DNA of 64,000 nucleotides from Eledone cirrhosa (GCA_964016885.1 OZ024750.1:8618001-8682000); one strand, 5' to 3'; counted from the first letter of the stretch, positions 1 through 12,927 are shown. Notes: generated by a model not told the origin, from the letters alone. A program made the numbers and translations.

Positions 1-403
1 CCTCAGTCTTCAGCTTAATAGACAAACATAGAGGAATCGTAGATGTTTTTCGTTAGCTGCAGTGTTAACACCGTTCGAACATTCCGTGCTAGTCTCATCT
101 TTTAAGTGATATATCAGAATGAATTATCAAGATTTCATTTGTTGTATATAGCAACGAATCCTCTGTATGGTCATTCAAAATTCAATAAGTATCAACTAAA
201 CTAACCTCAGATTAGATCATATCGTCTTCAAAATGATAGGACGCATTGGAAAACCTGCAAGTTCTTGTCATTAATCGAAACCTTCCAGCGATTAGTTGAC
301 ACAGTCTTTGAGTATTTTAAGTCATCTGCTAAAAAGGAGATTGGGATTCACTGTGCCTGAAAGAATATGAGATACTTTTATAGATTACACATCGTTGTGT
401 TGC

Positions 404-615
404 GAGGTGCATGGCTTACTGGTTAGGGTGTTTGTCTTACGATAATGAGATCGTGAATTGGATTTCTAGCGGCATGTTGCGCCGGCGAGCAAAGCTCTTT
501 ATTTCACGAGGTTACGGTTAACACATTTAGAAAAAAAAGTTGTACCAGGAATTCACAGGGTCTGCTTTGTTAACGGTCCTTCACCCTGAATTACTTTGCG
601 ATCTACATTAAAGAT
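404..615 (+). mobile_element. Decayed tRNA-derived SINE, CORE-like family B
   Basis: Head TGGCTTACTGGTTAGGGTG is A-box-like. The body GAGCAAAGCTCTTTATTTCAC aligns by eye to the copies at 8131, 7753 and 19266. Confidence 0.65.
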
Positions 616-618
616 GCT

Positions 619-716
619 AGTGGTGGCGATAATGATAGTGGTGATGGTAGTGGGGTTAGTGATGGTGACAGTGGAGTTGGTGGTGATGATGATGACGGTG
701 AAGGTGCTGGTGATAG
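619..716. repeat. Degenerate (GGT/GAT)n trinucleotide repeat
   Basis: Direct reading. Confidence 0.8.
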
Positions 717-2025
717 TTTGTTAAAATCTTCTGACACCGTTTCGTTGTATTGTTTTTATTTTTCGTTGTTTTTTCTCGATAAGCCATTGTACTTTACTTT
801 GTTACTGTCAGGCATCCAAGTGAGTAGAGAATGTTAAATGTGATAGAATGGCAAACGTCCAAGAAAAATATTTATCTCTCAACAGCTCCTCCATACTATA
901 AAAACTTTAATATCCTCCCAGTGTGTTTGTCTATCAGTTACTATGTAGTGATAATTTAGAAATGGAATCACGGTCTAATTACCAGATCAAATCTGATTGT
1001 ACATTAGTCGCACTACAGTAATTTGATAAATAACCTGATTGGATTTACATAGCTGAAGAAATACCTTATATATATATGTATGTGTATATGTATGTATATA
1101 TGTATGTATATATATGTCTGTATATTGACTACCGAAGTAGAAACACACACAGATACATCATACACATATATAGATACACTGCCCTCTCTCCTCTATGTGT
1201 GTGTGTGTATGTATGTATGTATATATATATATATATATATATGCATATATGTACATCGAATTGATAAAGCAAGTTTCATCGAGTTTTCATTTACACTAGG
1301 TAAACACTTAAACAATCATGTTCAAATATTTACATATTGTATTTACATTTGCAACCTTGTTTAACAGGTAACTGTTAAACTGTTGCATTGAAAGAAAATA
1401 GAAAATATAAAGTTTTGGTTATACATGCAATTTTATACATAGACATTTTTGAAAATAATAATCTATGAATTAATTTTTACATTAAGTATTCAATATATGC
1501 TTGTATTTTCCATAATTCAGAAATCATCTCCAGTAGTGGAAAAACATGGCATTGTTCAACATTTTATTGTATACCTACACATACAAAATCATCTTATTGT
1601 GAATTGTAAGCCTCCGGTAGATATTATTTTCAATGTAATTTCAATACAATATATTTGTAAATTACCTGACAACTTAACAACTGTCATCTTGTTACAATTG
1701 TGATTCTCATTATGGGTTTATGTACTGCAATCTTCAAAACAATAACATTAAAAAGATAGCATGAATATATATATATATGTATGTATATATATAATTGTCC
1801 TAATATATAACTGACCAATTTTGAATTTATTTGCTGTGTGACATTGATTAACCACGTTACTGTGAATCGGTATTAATTTCTGCAGAGCTGCCATCCTCTA
1901 AAATCCCAAAACGTGGGCGTACCATGTAAAACAGCCCCCAAAAGGGGAGAAATGATGTTAGAGCGACAGATTGGAAGAATTATTAGTGCGTCGTACAAAA
2001 TGTCATATTATTTTATTTGGCTCTA

Positions 2026-2192
2026 GGGCGGGGGATTGGCAGTATCAGTAGAGAGTCGGACAACATGCTTTGTAGCATAGAGTTATGGCCCTTTATAGTC
2101 TGAGTTCAAATCCCGCCGAGGTTCACTTTGCCTTTCATCCTTACGGGGTCGATACAATAAAGTACCAGTAATGTACAAAAGTAGAAACAATT
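2026..2192 (+). mobile_element. tRNA-derived SINE family A (short tail)
   Basis: A-box TGGCAGTATCAG, B-box GAGTTCAAATCCC, core GCCTTTCATCCTTACGGGGTCGATA..AAGTACCAG (recalled as Meta-domain-like), tail GTAGAAACAATT. Over 20 related copies in the window. Confidence 0.9.
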
Positions 2193-2781
2193 ATTTTATT
2201 GCATCTCTCTACAACTTGAGTTCTCATGGTCGATACGGAATGTGCGGACTAGCTTGGAGAAAAGGGGTGAGAATCTAAGATGAATTCAATGGGTGGCAGT
2301 AGTTCCAGCTACACGCATCGAAAGACTGGTGTAGTGGTTCTGAGAACAATGCGGTTTTGCAGATGATCAATGCAAATTGACAATGGAAAGGCGCGCTGGC
2401 TCGAGTTAGAAGAGAACTATTGACCTTCAGGAGAAGCAGCGATCCCTGATTGTATTCAGCAACTGAAACAAATATGAAGCACACCAAATCCAATACTCCC
2501 ACGGGCGGCCCTGGTTCTTCTTATTTGCGAGTGTCAACTCGGCCAGATTAGATTAGATTAAATGACATATATTCAATCTGAACGAACGAAAGAGAACATA
2601 CATTGCGAGAGAAAGAGAGAGCGCAGATAAAACTATCACGTGATAAAATCTAGAAAACAGATTACATACAACATGACCAAATAAACAGAAAACGGAAATA
2701 ACATTATTTTGTCTCCGTCCTATGTCTTTATAGTGTAGCTGTAATTTCATTGTATTTTAAGAGATGCATTAAAGAACTTGA

Positions 2782-2819
<38 letters not shown>

Positions 2820-3581
2820 GGAGTAAACATATTGTCGTTCCATTGTGAAGAAGGACGCGTGCTGACTTCATAAATCTTGTAGCATATAATAGTAGGAAAT
2901 GCAAGTCAGATGAATAACAGAAAAATATTTTAAACAATCAGCCTTTGAAATTCGTTCTCATCTTTTAGAATAATTTTTCGTAATAATGGAAAATATCGTT
3001 TTTCGTAATAATGGAAAATTTACGTTTTTCTTTTGTTTTTGTTTTGTTTTGTTTTGTGTTTTTGTTTTTGTTTTTTGTTTTGTTTTTTGTTGTTTTTTGT
3101 TTTTGGTATGACACTATATTCTGAGGTAACTTAATAAAACCAAAAAACCAAACAATCTAATTGGTGATGACAGGCGGAAAAAGCAAAAAGAAATCTTTAT
3201 AAATTATAGGAAAGTATTTTACACTGGAAAATAATTTTTAATTTTCTTAATTTTCTACCTTTGGAAACGTAGTTCTTTCAAAAGAAACAGACCTACTGGC
3301 ACACACAGGTATATATAAATATATATATATATCGCACACACACACACACACATACATATACACATAGATATATCGAGTGTATGAAATAAAACCTAATGTT
3401 TCTTTTCGAATGCTATAATTTAAACAGGACATACGGCTATAAAATAATTTATTTTTGGGAAAATTTTCAGTTCAGACATGCTATTCTCTTTCATTTACAT
3501 ATAGATAACATGAGAGATTACACACGCACACGCACACGCACACGCACACATTACACCTACACTACACGGCAATAATACAAT

Positions 3582-3766
3582 AATTGTTTCTACTTTTGGC
3601 ACAAGACAATTATCCTAGTCTATTACCGGTACTTTATTTTATCGGCCCCGTAAGGACGAAAGGCAAAGTTAACCTCGGCAGGATTTGAACTCGGACCGTA
3701 AAGGACCATAACTCTATGATGCAAAGCATGGTGTCCGACTCTCTACCGATACTACCAATTCACCGC
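3582..3766 (-). mobile_element. SINE family A
   Basis: Reverse complement of the family A consensus, including GGATTTGAACTC (B-box). Confidence 0.9.
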
Positions 3767-4519
3767 AATAATACAATATCTGAACCTAATACCATAACTA
3801 GACTTTTGTAAGACAAACATTTCTTTATATGTATGTAACATTTGCAAGTCAAAAACTGCAGTACAGCCGAGGAAATGGCCTAGTGGTTAGTCAGATATGT
3901 GGTATTCCTGATGGTATTTAATAGTTTCCAATTTTTCTTAATTGTAATCTGAATATTAAATAGCATTCTCTCATTTTGTGTTATATATCACTTCATAGAA
4001 TATATTTTTGTCCATTTCTTAGTGACTGTAGCATATCGGGGAAATAATGAAGCCAATTACAAAATATGTTATAAGAAATATTTTGTAAGAATGATGCAAT
4101 TAGCTCTAGGTTACATAGCATAGACACCATATATTTAGTATATACATAGCATAGACACCATATATTTAGTATATACATATTTAGTATATTCATGTTATGT
4201 AAACGAAGCTATGTCAGAATGTTGTAACTAGCTCTAGACTGTACAACGTAGACACAATTTTTATCATATACATTCAGGTTATCTAAAAGAAGCTATATTT
4301 AGAGTGATGTTTCTGTTTTCCTCAGCAAATATTATAATGGATCCCAAATATCAGATTACAGAGAGATCGTCTCTTTGAAATATACCTCTTATCAGAAACA
4401 ATGTAATTACTTCCTATTTATAACTTAAGGGTTGTGATGTAGGGGGATGCCTGAGTATCTTAGGGTTTCATTATGTTCTCATGAACGCCAAGGTGTTGAA
4501 AAAACCCTACCACCAACGA

Positions 4520-4700
4520 GTGAGGACCTGAATCGAAGCCTTTCTTATAATTCGCTGTGCCTCTCACATTGCAGTTTTTTTTATGATTTGTTGATGCTCA
4601 GGATTCCTCCCAGTTGTTTCTCTCTATTGTCATGTTCTTGTTAACATATTTGAGGTCCTGGAGGAATAGATGCCGACAGTCTCTAGATATTTGATACATT
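4520..4700 (-). mobile_element. Highly decayed RLE-type (R4/Dong-like) LINE C-terminal remnant
   Basis: Minus-strand IIKKTAM*EAQRIIRK resembles the R4/Dong end motif IQK.ALLGTA.ILRK. Confidence 0.3.
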
Positions 4701-5235
4701 AGTTTCTGGCAGTTCTTTGGCATGTGATTGGCAACAAAATCAAATCTGATTTCAATAAAGAATGCCAAACACACCAGGCAGCTTGATATGTCGATATTTT
4801 CCATTGACAAAGTGCTGTTAATCATTGAAAAATATGGTCAATTAAAGTTAGTTCTCTGTATCAGTATTTGATTATCAAACACTGATATAGAGAACTTCTT
4901 GTGATTTTCTATTCGGAAGCTGTTTTATCACATTATCAATCACGTCACTTGTATGTCTTTGATTCATTCCAATGACAGCACTGTTATTCTAATTTCGTAC
5001 GTACAGGCGAATGTGTCGATGCATGCATGTATGTACATATGTAAATTCGTATTTATGAATATATGAACAGATATATATAAACATTTATATATATTTTTGT
5101 GTTGAATTTACGCACGAATTCTTTGGGCTTTGTTCCTCAATATTTGTGTATGGGTAAAGAGCCCACGAGTAGTATAGAATGTCCTTGCACATATGTACGT
5201 AAGTATGTACGTAAGTATATATATATGTGTGTGTG

Positions 5236-5460
5236 TATAAAGAAAGTGCTGTAGCGCAGAAATGCTATAAGAATTGCTTATAAAATAGGGTGAAGACGGG
5301 AAAAAGTTATCATAGATCGCTATGTGGAATTGAACCCCATACCTTCCATATACCGGTTAGACGTCGATGGCAACTTCTTTTCCCATCGTTTAAAGGTCTT
5401 GACCCTATTTTATAAGCTATCTTTATATCATTTCTGCGCTGGAGCACTTTCTTTTTTATA
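5236..5460. mobile_element. MITE-like foldback element with ~60-80 bp inverted arms and a tRNA-like core
   Basis: 5236-5297 matches the reverse complement of 5396-5460, and 5298-5313 matches that of 5367-5384. B-box GGTTCAATTCC on the minus strand at 5326-5336. Flanked by TG/TA repeats. Confidence 0.75.
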
Positions 5461-5473
5461 TATATATATATAT

Positions 5474-5747
5474 AACAAAGGAATTGTGGTAAGGAACCAG
5501 ATGGACCATAACGCACCAGAGTACTCAATACATAGGGTAGTAGTGTGAAATAGGAAAAAGTATGACCTCGACGGCAGAGCTCAAGCCGTTTCGACGGCTA
5601 TTTCTGGACAGTGTTTTCGCATCGTGCGGGTGAAGAAACTTCAACTGGGCGGAAAAGTCGGGATATGGCGTGGTAGAGTCGGAAAGTGGTCTACTACAGA
5701 GATAGGAGCTAAATAACAAAGGAAATAGCCGTCGAAACGGCTTGAGG

Positions 5748-5788
<41 letters not shown>

Positions 5789-5903
5789 ATTGAGCTCAGC
5801 CGTCGGGGTCCTACTCGTTCCGATTACCCACTCTACTACCCTAAGTATTGAGTACTTTGGTGCGTTATAGTCCATCTGGTTCCTTACCACATTTCCTTCG
5901 TTA
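5474..5903. mobile_element. Inverted-arm element in (TA)n, related to 14325-15474 (putative Penelope-like pLTR pair)
   Basis: 5474-5609 and 5722-5903 are reverse complements apart from a (CT)n insert at 5748-5788. Both arms match 14325-14460. Confidence 0.8.
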
Positions 5904-6452
5904 TATCTATCTATATATATATATATATAATTCTCACCGCTTCAAAAACCGAAAATTCCTCTTCGTACATTATACTTTGAAAATCGATATATTTGCGTGT
6001 TTGTATGTCGTGATATAGATATAAAAGCCACCTATGTAATTCCCAAATTTCAATTACATCTCCTGTCGTTATATATACATAGTTCACTCATTCTTAACCT
6101 CCCGATGACGACATCGTCTATAATTAACTATGATTCAACGTGCCTGGTACCGAAATTATTCTTTCAATGGTGACATTATAACAAAGTCTCATGAATTACA
6201 TGAAGACTCAATTATTACAGTATCAAGGAAACAATCACTGCACAAGAACACACAATTAAAATTCGTAAATTCGATACAAATGCTAAACCTATTGGCTTTA
6301 AATAAATCATACAATGCCTTCTCATGTAACTGTGTCTGGTTTACATCCTAAAAATGATCCTTCCGCCCCAGGAGCAGAAAATATAGCTATCTTCATTAGA
6401 AAATACAGTCGTCTAATAAGAGTTGTAATGCTTAAGTGTGACTGATTATAGC

Positions 6453-6795
6453 CAGGTTTATATATACGATGCCATACTGCTGTTACATACATATACATGG
6501 TATATATATGAGGCAGCACTGTTGTTCATACATATACTTGGTTTTATATATGAGGCAGCACTGCTGCTACATACATATACATGGTTTTATATATGAGGCA
6601 GCACTGCTGCTACATACATATACATGGTTTTATATATGAGGCAGCACTGCTGCTACATACATATACATGGTTTTATATATGAGGCAGCACTGCTGCTACA
6701 TACATATACATGGTTTTATATATGAGGCAGCACTGCTGCTACATACATATACATGGTTTTATATATATAAGGCAGTACTGCTGTTAAGTACATAC
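6453..6795. repeat. 43-bp minisatellite, ~8 units
   Basis: Unit GGTTTTATATATGAGGCAGCACTGCTGCTACATACATATACAT starts at 6540, 6583, 6626, 6669 and 6712, with degenerate edge units. Confidence 0.95.
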
Positions 6796-7059
6796 CTACC
6801 ATAGACTTCATCTAAATTAAAGTGGTCTGAGGGATTGACAAAGTGTCACTTGATCATACTACAACTAAACCACTGGCTCACTTAAATACTCTTTCTTCTA
6901 ACTTGTCTCGTCTAACATTACCTCTACTTTCACTTTCACAATCTATGAAGTTGCGTATCAACTTCAACTCTTCTATTTACTGTCGATGTCATATCCCGCA
7001 GTAACAAGAGAGTAGAACATGTTAATAAAGTAAGAAATAATAAGTACGACGTTTGCAAC

Positions 7060-7091
<32 letters not shown>

Positions 7092-7752
7092 GTTGTGTGT
7101 GTGTGTGTGTGTGTGAGAGAGGGGGAGGGAGTCGTAGGGTCAACAATTTGGATGAGAAACAAAGGTGAACAGCAAGAGATGTAGCAGAGAATGTCATGAT
7201 GTATAAGTAAATAATTATCACGAGTTGCTGAGACTAATTAGGAAAATAAAGTAGGTTAGAAACAGTAAAATAACTAAACGTGAAAGACAATATTTTAATG
7301 ACACAAACAAATAATAATTATTAAAGTCTTCGTTCAGAAATTCAATACCAATATGTTCACCTGACTTTAATTTATTTTGATTACGATCCCATTTCTATAG
7401 ACTGGGCATCAGTATAATTCCTCTGACGGCGGTTGGGTGCTAATTGTGATTTACATACACTGTACCTACAGTATTATTTCTATTCTTGATTAAAACGCTA
7501 TTGATGTTCTTAATTAACATTTAGATATCGCCAGTTTTAAAAGGCAATCATTGCAATTCTAGAATGTTATCAGACTCCAAGGTCTCAAGAAAGAATTCTT
7601 CTCTTCCCGGAGCATATTCCGTTAAATATAATTTCCAAAGAATTAATTAATGATTAATCAGTGTTATTTATGTCTCTCTCTCTCCCCCTCCCTCTCTCTG
7701 TCTCTGTATACACACACACACACACACCACACACCACACACACCTAGCATTA

Positions 7753-8034
7753 CATCAATTACGACGGTGAGTGTTCCTGTTGATATAATTAACAGAAAAG
7801 ACTGCTCATGAAACATGAAACTAACGTGTTAGTGGCTGAGCATTCTACAGACACGCGTATCCTTAACGTAGCTCTCAGGGAGATTCAGCATGACACAGAA
7901 TGTGATAAGGCTGGTCCTTTGAATTACCGATGCAACAGATTTTTTTCCACCTGAGTAGACTGAAAGAACATGAAATAGTCTTTCGCGCCGCTGGGAATCA
8001 AACTCACGATCTTATGATCTTGATCCGAATACCC
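7753..8034 (-). mobile_element. CORE-like SINE family B
   Basis: GGGAATCAAACTC is the reverse B-box. The body is reverse-complementary to 8131-8433. Confidence 0.75.
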
Positions 8035-8130
8035 TCTCTGTAAATCATCTAAAAATATAATTTTGTGCGTATCTCTGGGGCTATTTTGATTTGTGTATGA
8101 TCATATATGGTAACATACATTTAAAATTTG

Positions 8131-8433
8131 AAGACACATGGCTTAGTGTTTAGTGTGTGTGCCTAACGATCACAAGATCATGAGTTTTATTCCTGGCCGA
8201 GTGTGGTTTTCTGGAGCTAAGCAGTTTATTTAACGTGGCTCTAGTCGACCCAGCTGTCAGAATTGAGTTGTATCTCTTATTCAATGCCCAGCCAAGCCAT
8301 ACATTCTGTCACGTTCTATTTCTCTGGGAATTACGTTAAAGATAAAACGTGTTCGGAGAATACGGAATAATTTGCACGTAATTTCACGTTAGGGACATGA
8401 GGAACAAGCATCGTTAGAACAGACGGAGATCCA
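8131..8433 (+). mobile_element. CORE-like SINE family B
   Basis: A-box-like TGGCTTAGTGTT, degenerate B-box GAGTTTTATTCC, and an (AAC)-rich tail. Confidence 0.75.
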
Positions 8434-8559
8434 ACAACAAGAACGTATTTAAAACAAGCTTCTTTACTGATTACATCATATAGAGGCGGCTGTAATTATC
8501 AGTCACCTCGGTTATCGGCTGCCTGGCAAAATCTGATTAAATTTTGAAATATCAGTTAT

Positions 8560-8563
<4 letters not shown>

Positions 8564-8623
<60 letters not shown>

Positions 8624-8624
8624 T

Positions 8625-8662
<38 letters not shown>
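8564..8662. repeat. (CT)n microsatellite
   Basis: Direct reading. Confidence 0.95.
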
Positions 8663-10388
8663 ATACACGCACCACTTACATATAGAAATTATTCTGAAGG
8701 AGTATATAAAGATACATATCTATATAAACATCTAGAGATTTATTAAGAGGGTAATCACTATATTAAAATACATTGAATTATTCATTGGTTAGTAGTCTTC
8801 CAGTTAGTAACTGACAGTAGGCATCAGTATAACTATAAACATCATTATAGGGAAGTAATGAAATGTCTATAGTCATGTGATGATACTAAATGTATATCTT
8901 ATCATTGGTACACTTAGTTGCGTAAGAAAGGCTGAGATTTAATATCAATCTAAAGAAGATGGATTTCACAAAAACGGAAAAGTCGTGACTATTTCACACA
9001 TCAAAATTACAAATTATTAATTTAACATATAAAATATTTCTGTATATATACACGCAATCACATACACAGAGAGAGAGTTAAGGCATGAAATATATTATTA
9101 GAAGTCACGGGGAAATATTTTGATGAATGTATATTTAAGGGAAATCATGAAGTTACAAAGAAAAAAGAAATGAAAGTTTTTATTGAAATAGTGGAGGTTA
9201 TTTGTAAGAAAGAGTTGATAAATAGAAATAACACTCATGGCTTCTGACCGTGGAATGACCTCTGAAAAACAGTTCTTTACTAAAACGGCTGAAGTTCGAA
9301 AAACAAAAGAAATAAAAATGATAGTGTTGGAAAATGGAATAATAAGATGAGTCGATGATATCTTGGTGTAGAGATGATATAGGATGAATAAAATCAAAAT
9401 AATCGAATAGTAACGAGACAATAACGAAGTTGTTTAAGTGGACGAACATAGCTTTGTGGTAATGACATGGGTTCGATTCCTGGACCGGATTGTGTTGAAC
9501 CATGCAACATATTTCAGCATCATATTTATTTAATAGTATTTGTCACGATAGATATGAAATGAATAGACCGTCAATTTACAACCATATCATCGACATAAAC
9601 TTTGCTCACAGCACTGTTAACCTCTTAATCTATGACTAGTCACAACAAACACGATTATATACGGGAAGCAACCATCAAATTATTCTACATATTTATCATC
9701 GAAAACAATTATTCAGCTATAATCCAATTACCTAAAGATCCTGTAAATCAACCAGCTAGTTAACCAACACACAAACCAACTAACCGTTCTTTAAAAATTA
9801 TAGAGGACAATAAGTTCGTGCTTCAGAGCTCTTTGAATTCAGAAACTGACATGTATTAATGACCAATTTTATGAAATAATCATTGGAGCGATAGATAAGT
9901 CAAATATTGGACAGGAAATCTTATAGTGATTTAACAAACAGGAGACATTAAGATTGCGCTGTTAAACAAAAAAGTTGTTTGAAGTAATTAAACTTCATAT
10001 TTGCTTTATAGTCTTCATTACACACTGACCAATATTGGGTTTTTGATTGGATTTGGCATTACATTTTCTAGGAAATGATTCTAATCGATTGACCTATTTT
10101 TAACATCACAACCTTCGTTTTTGTTTTTCTGTACAAGGAAATAGCTGTGACACAACTGACAATGTATTCCATAAAAACAAGAGTTGTTTAAGAGATTATC
10201 AACATACGTTTGGCAGTGATTAATAAGAGAGATAATGAAAAGAAACAAACCACCTGAAAGAGCAGGCTAAAGAAATAGTCGATGACTGAGGAATCAATCA
10301 TATATACTCTTTCTTTCTCTCTCATCTAAAGACATTTTTTCAAATTCCACTCTGTCCGTCCCTTCAATCTATCTTATTTCTCATTCTT

Positions 10389-10424
10389 TCTTCTGATGGC
10401 TGACTAGCGTCCGAAACATTAAGA
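10389..10424 (+). ncRNA. Degenerate minimal hammerhead-like motif (Penelope-type)
   Basis: TCTT-CTGATGG-ctGACtagcGTCc-GAAA-catT-AAGA. Stem I is TCTT/AAGA, and A9 is replaced by G. Confidence 0.35.
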
Positions 10425-10512
10425 CCCTCTTCCTGCTATTTCAAGCTTTAACCTAATATATTCCTTCCATATACTGTGGTGTTATTTCTGTTTACCTTTC
10501 ACACGCACGCGC

Positions 10513-10633
10513 ATACATACATACATACATACATACATACATACATACATACATACATACATACATACATACATACATACATACATACATACATACATAC
10601 ATACATACATACATACATACATACATACATACA
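10513..10633. repeat. (CATA)n tetranucleotide microsatellite, ~30 units
   Basis: Direct reading. Confidence 0.95.
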
Positions 10634-11465
10634 TGGTGGCTGCCAACTCGTTTTCGAGTACGGCCACTACTTTATATTCATGTAGGAGAACCCCTACCGA
10701 TGCGCTGAACGAGCGTGACTTTTTAGTCCAGCCAGCGACTTGAAAACTCTGGTACAAACACTACACTTGTGACAATTATTGACATATAGTGCTGGGCCCA
10801 TGGTACCATGTGATGACAAGTGCAGAGAGATCTCCAGATATAAAGCAATGCCTGTGCCGTGAATCTTTTATAGTGAGCAAAGGCACTGCACAAAGCCAGT
10901 CCCACTCTCTTAACCAAGATGATATTTACATGCCAGAAAGGCATGTCACCCATAAAATTATCTCCTGTGTTTGTTTCATGTTTTTATATGTTAATCAATT
11001 TCTAGCTGTTATATATATACACACACACACACACACGATTGATAACGTAAAAACGAGACTTAATAAAATAAATACTGGCGGTCGTATAGTAATACCACAA
11101 TCTAATGACTTTAACCAACAAAGGATTTAATAAAAAGCGATAATTAACTATCGAAAATGTCAGATGTTTCATATAAAATTAGTTATAATTTCATACAAGT
11201 TCATTCTAATTTCTTACAATTAGAACATATTTATTTATAATTAGAACATATTTATTCATTTTTTATTCAAGTGTGTTGAATTCTGATAAGGAAATACTGT
11301 GGAATGCCCACGAAAGTTTCAGAAACATATATGTCACGTTTTGCACCTCAAGCGATTTTTAAATAAACATATTTGGAGTTTTCGGAACAAAAAATATGTG
11401 TCCTGGTACCAAGTTAATGCTGATTGTTATACTGAATGAAGAATGAAACCGAGAAATTAAGAATG

Positions 11466-11516
11466 GTATATATATATATATACACCCCCACACATAATTA
11501 TATATATATATATATA

Positions 11517-11551
<35 letters not shown>

Positions 11552-11782
11552 GTATGTATTTTTATATATATGTGTATGTATATGTATATATGTATATATG
11601 TGTATGTATATATGTATATTTGTATATATGTATATTTGTATTTATATATGTATATAGGTATATATGTATATAGGTATATGTATATTTATATATGTATATT
11701 TGTATATGTATATTTATATATATATATTTATATATATGTGTATGTATGTATGTGTATTTGTGCCTGTCTCTGTATGTATGTA
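11466..11782. repeat. Compound (TA)/(TG)/(TATG) low-complexity tract
   Basis: Direct reading. It explains the Y/I/C/V-rich ORFs here. Confidence 0.9.
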
Positions 11783-12204
11783 AAAATGACTCTTTATCTT
11801 TATGTGTCGTATCTTTACATCGTTAAATTGAAATGCAAAATTTAGAAAGTGGAGATAATGGACAATATTTAGTTGAAATTTCCTAATGGTTGGTGATACC
11901 AATATCATGACTGCCAGACAGATACATTTGAAGTCTTTCAATAGTCGTAATCTCATCTAAAGTACAAATGTGTTTTGACTGGTGTCTGTTTAATGAACAT
12001 ATACACTTATACTGGCACACATTGTTGTCTATAGCAACCTCACTCACTGATATATACTTTTATACACTTATATACACTTATACACAGATATAGACTAACA
12101 CCCGCACGCACAAACGATCACACTCTCACATATCTATACAAACACATGATATATATTTAAGAAAATATATATAATATGTGTGTGTATGCATGCATATTAT
12201 ATTA

Positions 12205-12384
12205 TGGCAGTATCGGTAGAGAGTCGGACACCATGCTTTGCAGCATAGTTACGTCCCTTTGTGGTCTGAGTTCAAATCCCGCCGAGGTTAACTTTGCCTT
12301 TCATCCTTACGGGGTCGATAAAATAAACTACCAGTAATGCACTGGAGTAATTGCTGGCCTTGTGCCTAAAGTGGAAGCAATTAT
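12205..12384 (+). mobile_element. SINE family A
   Basis: Near-full copy with A-box, B-box, core and tail. Confidence 0.9.
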
Positions 12385-12540
12385 TTGACTATACGGAACT
12401 ATACAATTTCTAGTGAGCTTTACATTCATACTACCATCTCAACTATACACTGTGTGTGTGTGTGTGTACACATATACTTTGACTATGCCAAACTATATAG
12501 TTTCTATTGAACTCTACATCCATACCACCACTTCAGCTAC

Positions 12541-12579
<39 letters not shown>

Positions 12580-12927
12580 TCTCAGAGAGTAAATAACCAC
12601 ATGTTTTATATTTCGCACTAAATGAAAACTCGATTTGTGAAAGTAAATTCATTGTTATTTGGAACATTCGTCTTTATCAATCGAAATCAGTAAATATATT
12701 TAATAAAACTTACACCAACTTGATGTACCAAATATAGAAATATTTGTTTTGTCTGATAAAGGAAAAAAAAACGATTGATTTAGTTACACTTCTGTACATT
12801 TCTGCCTTTACTGTTTTACCTACAGTTTTGTGTTGTTTAGAGCGTTACTCTCGCTTTTAATTATTACAAAAAATACAAAGCCGAAAACTTGCACTGAAAA
12901 CCGACAACAGAGATCAAACTATGAAGT

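Noticed and set aside
2026-2120. tRNA genes suggested by A/B boxes
   Set aside because: No complete cloverleaf. These are SINE heads continuing into a shared core and tail.
2220-2555. GC-richer complex island and 75-aa ORF
   Set aside because: Stops in all plus frames and no recognisable motif. Probably an old transposon remnant, but it cannot be assigned.
6453-6795. CRISPR-like regular spacing
   Set aside because: Units are contiguous and identical with no unique spacers, there are no cas genes, and the context is eukaryotic.
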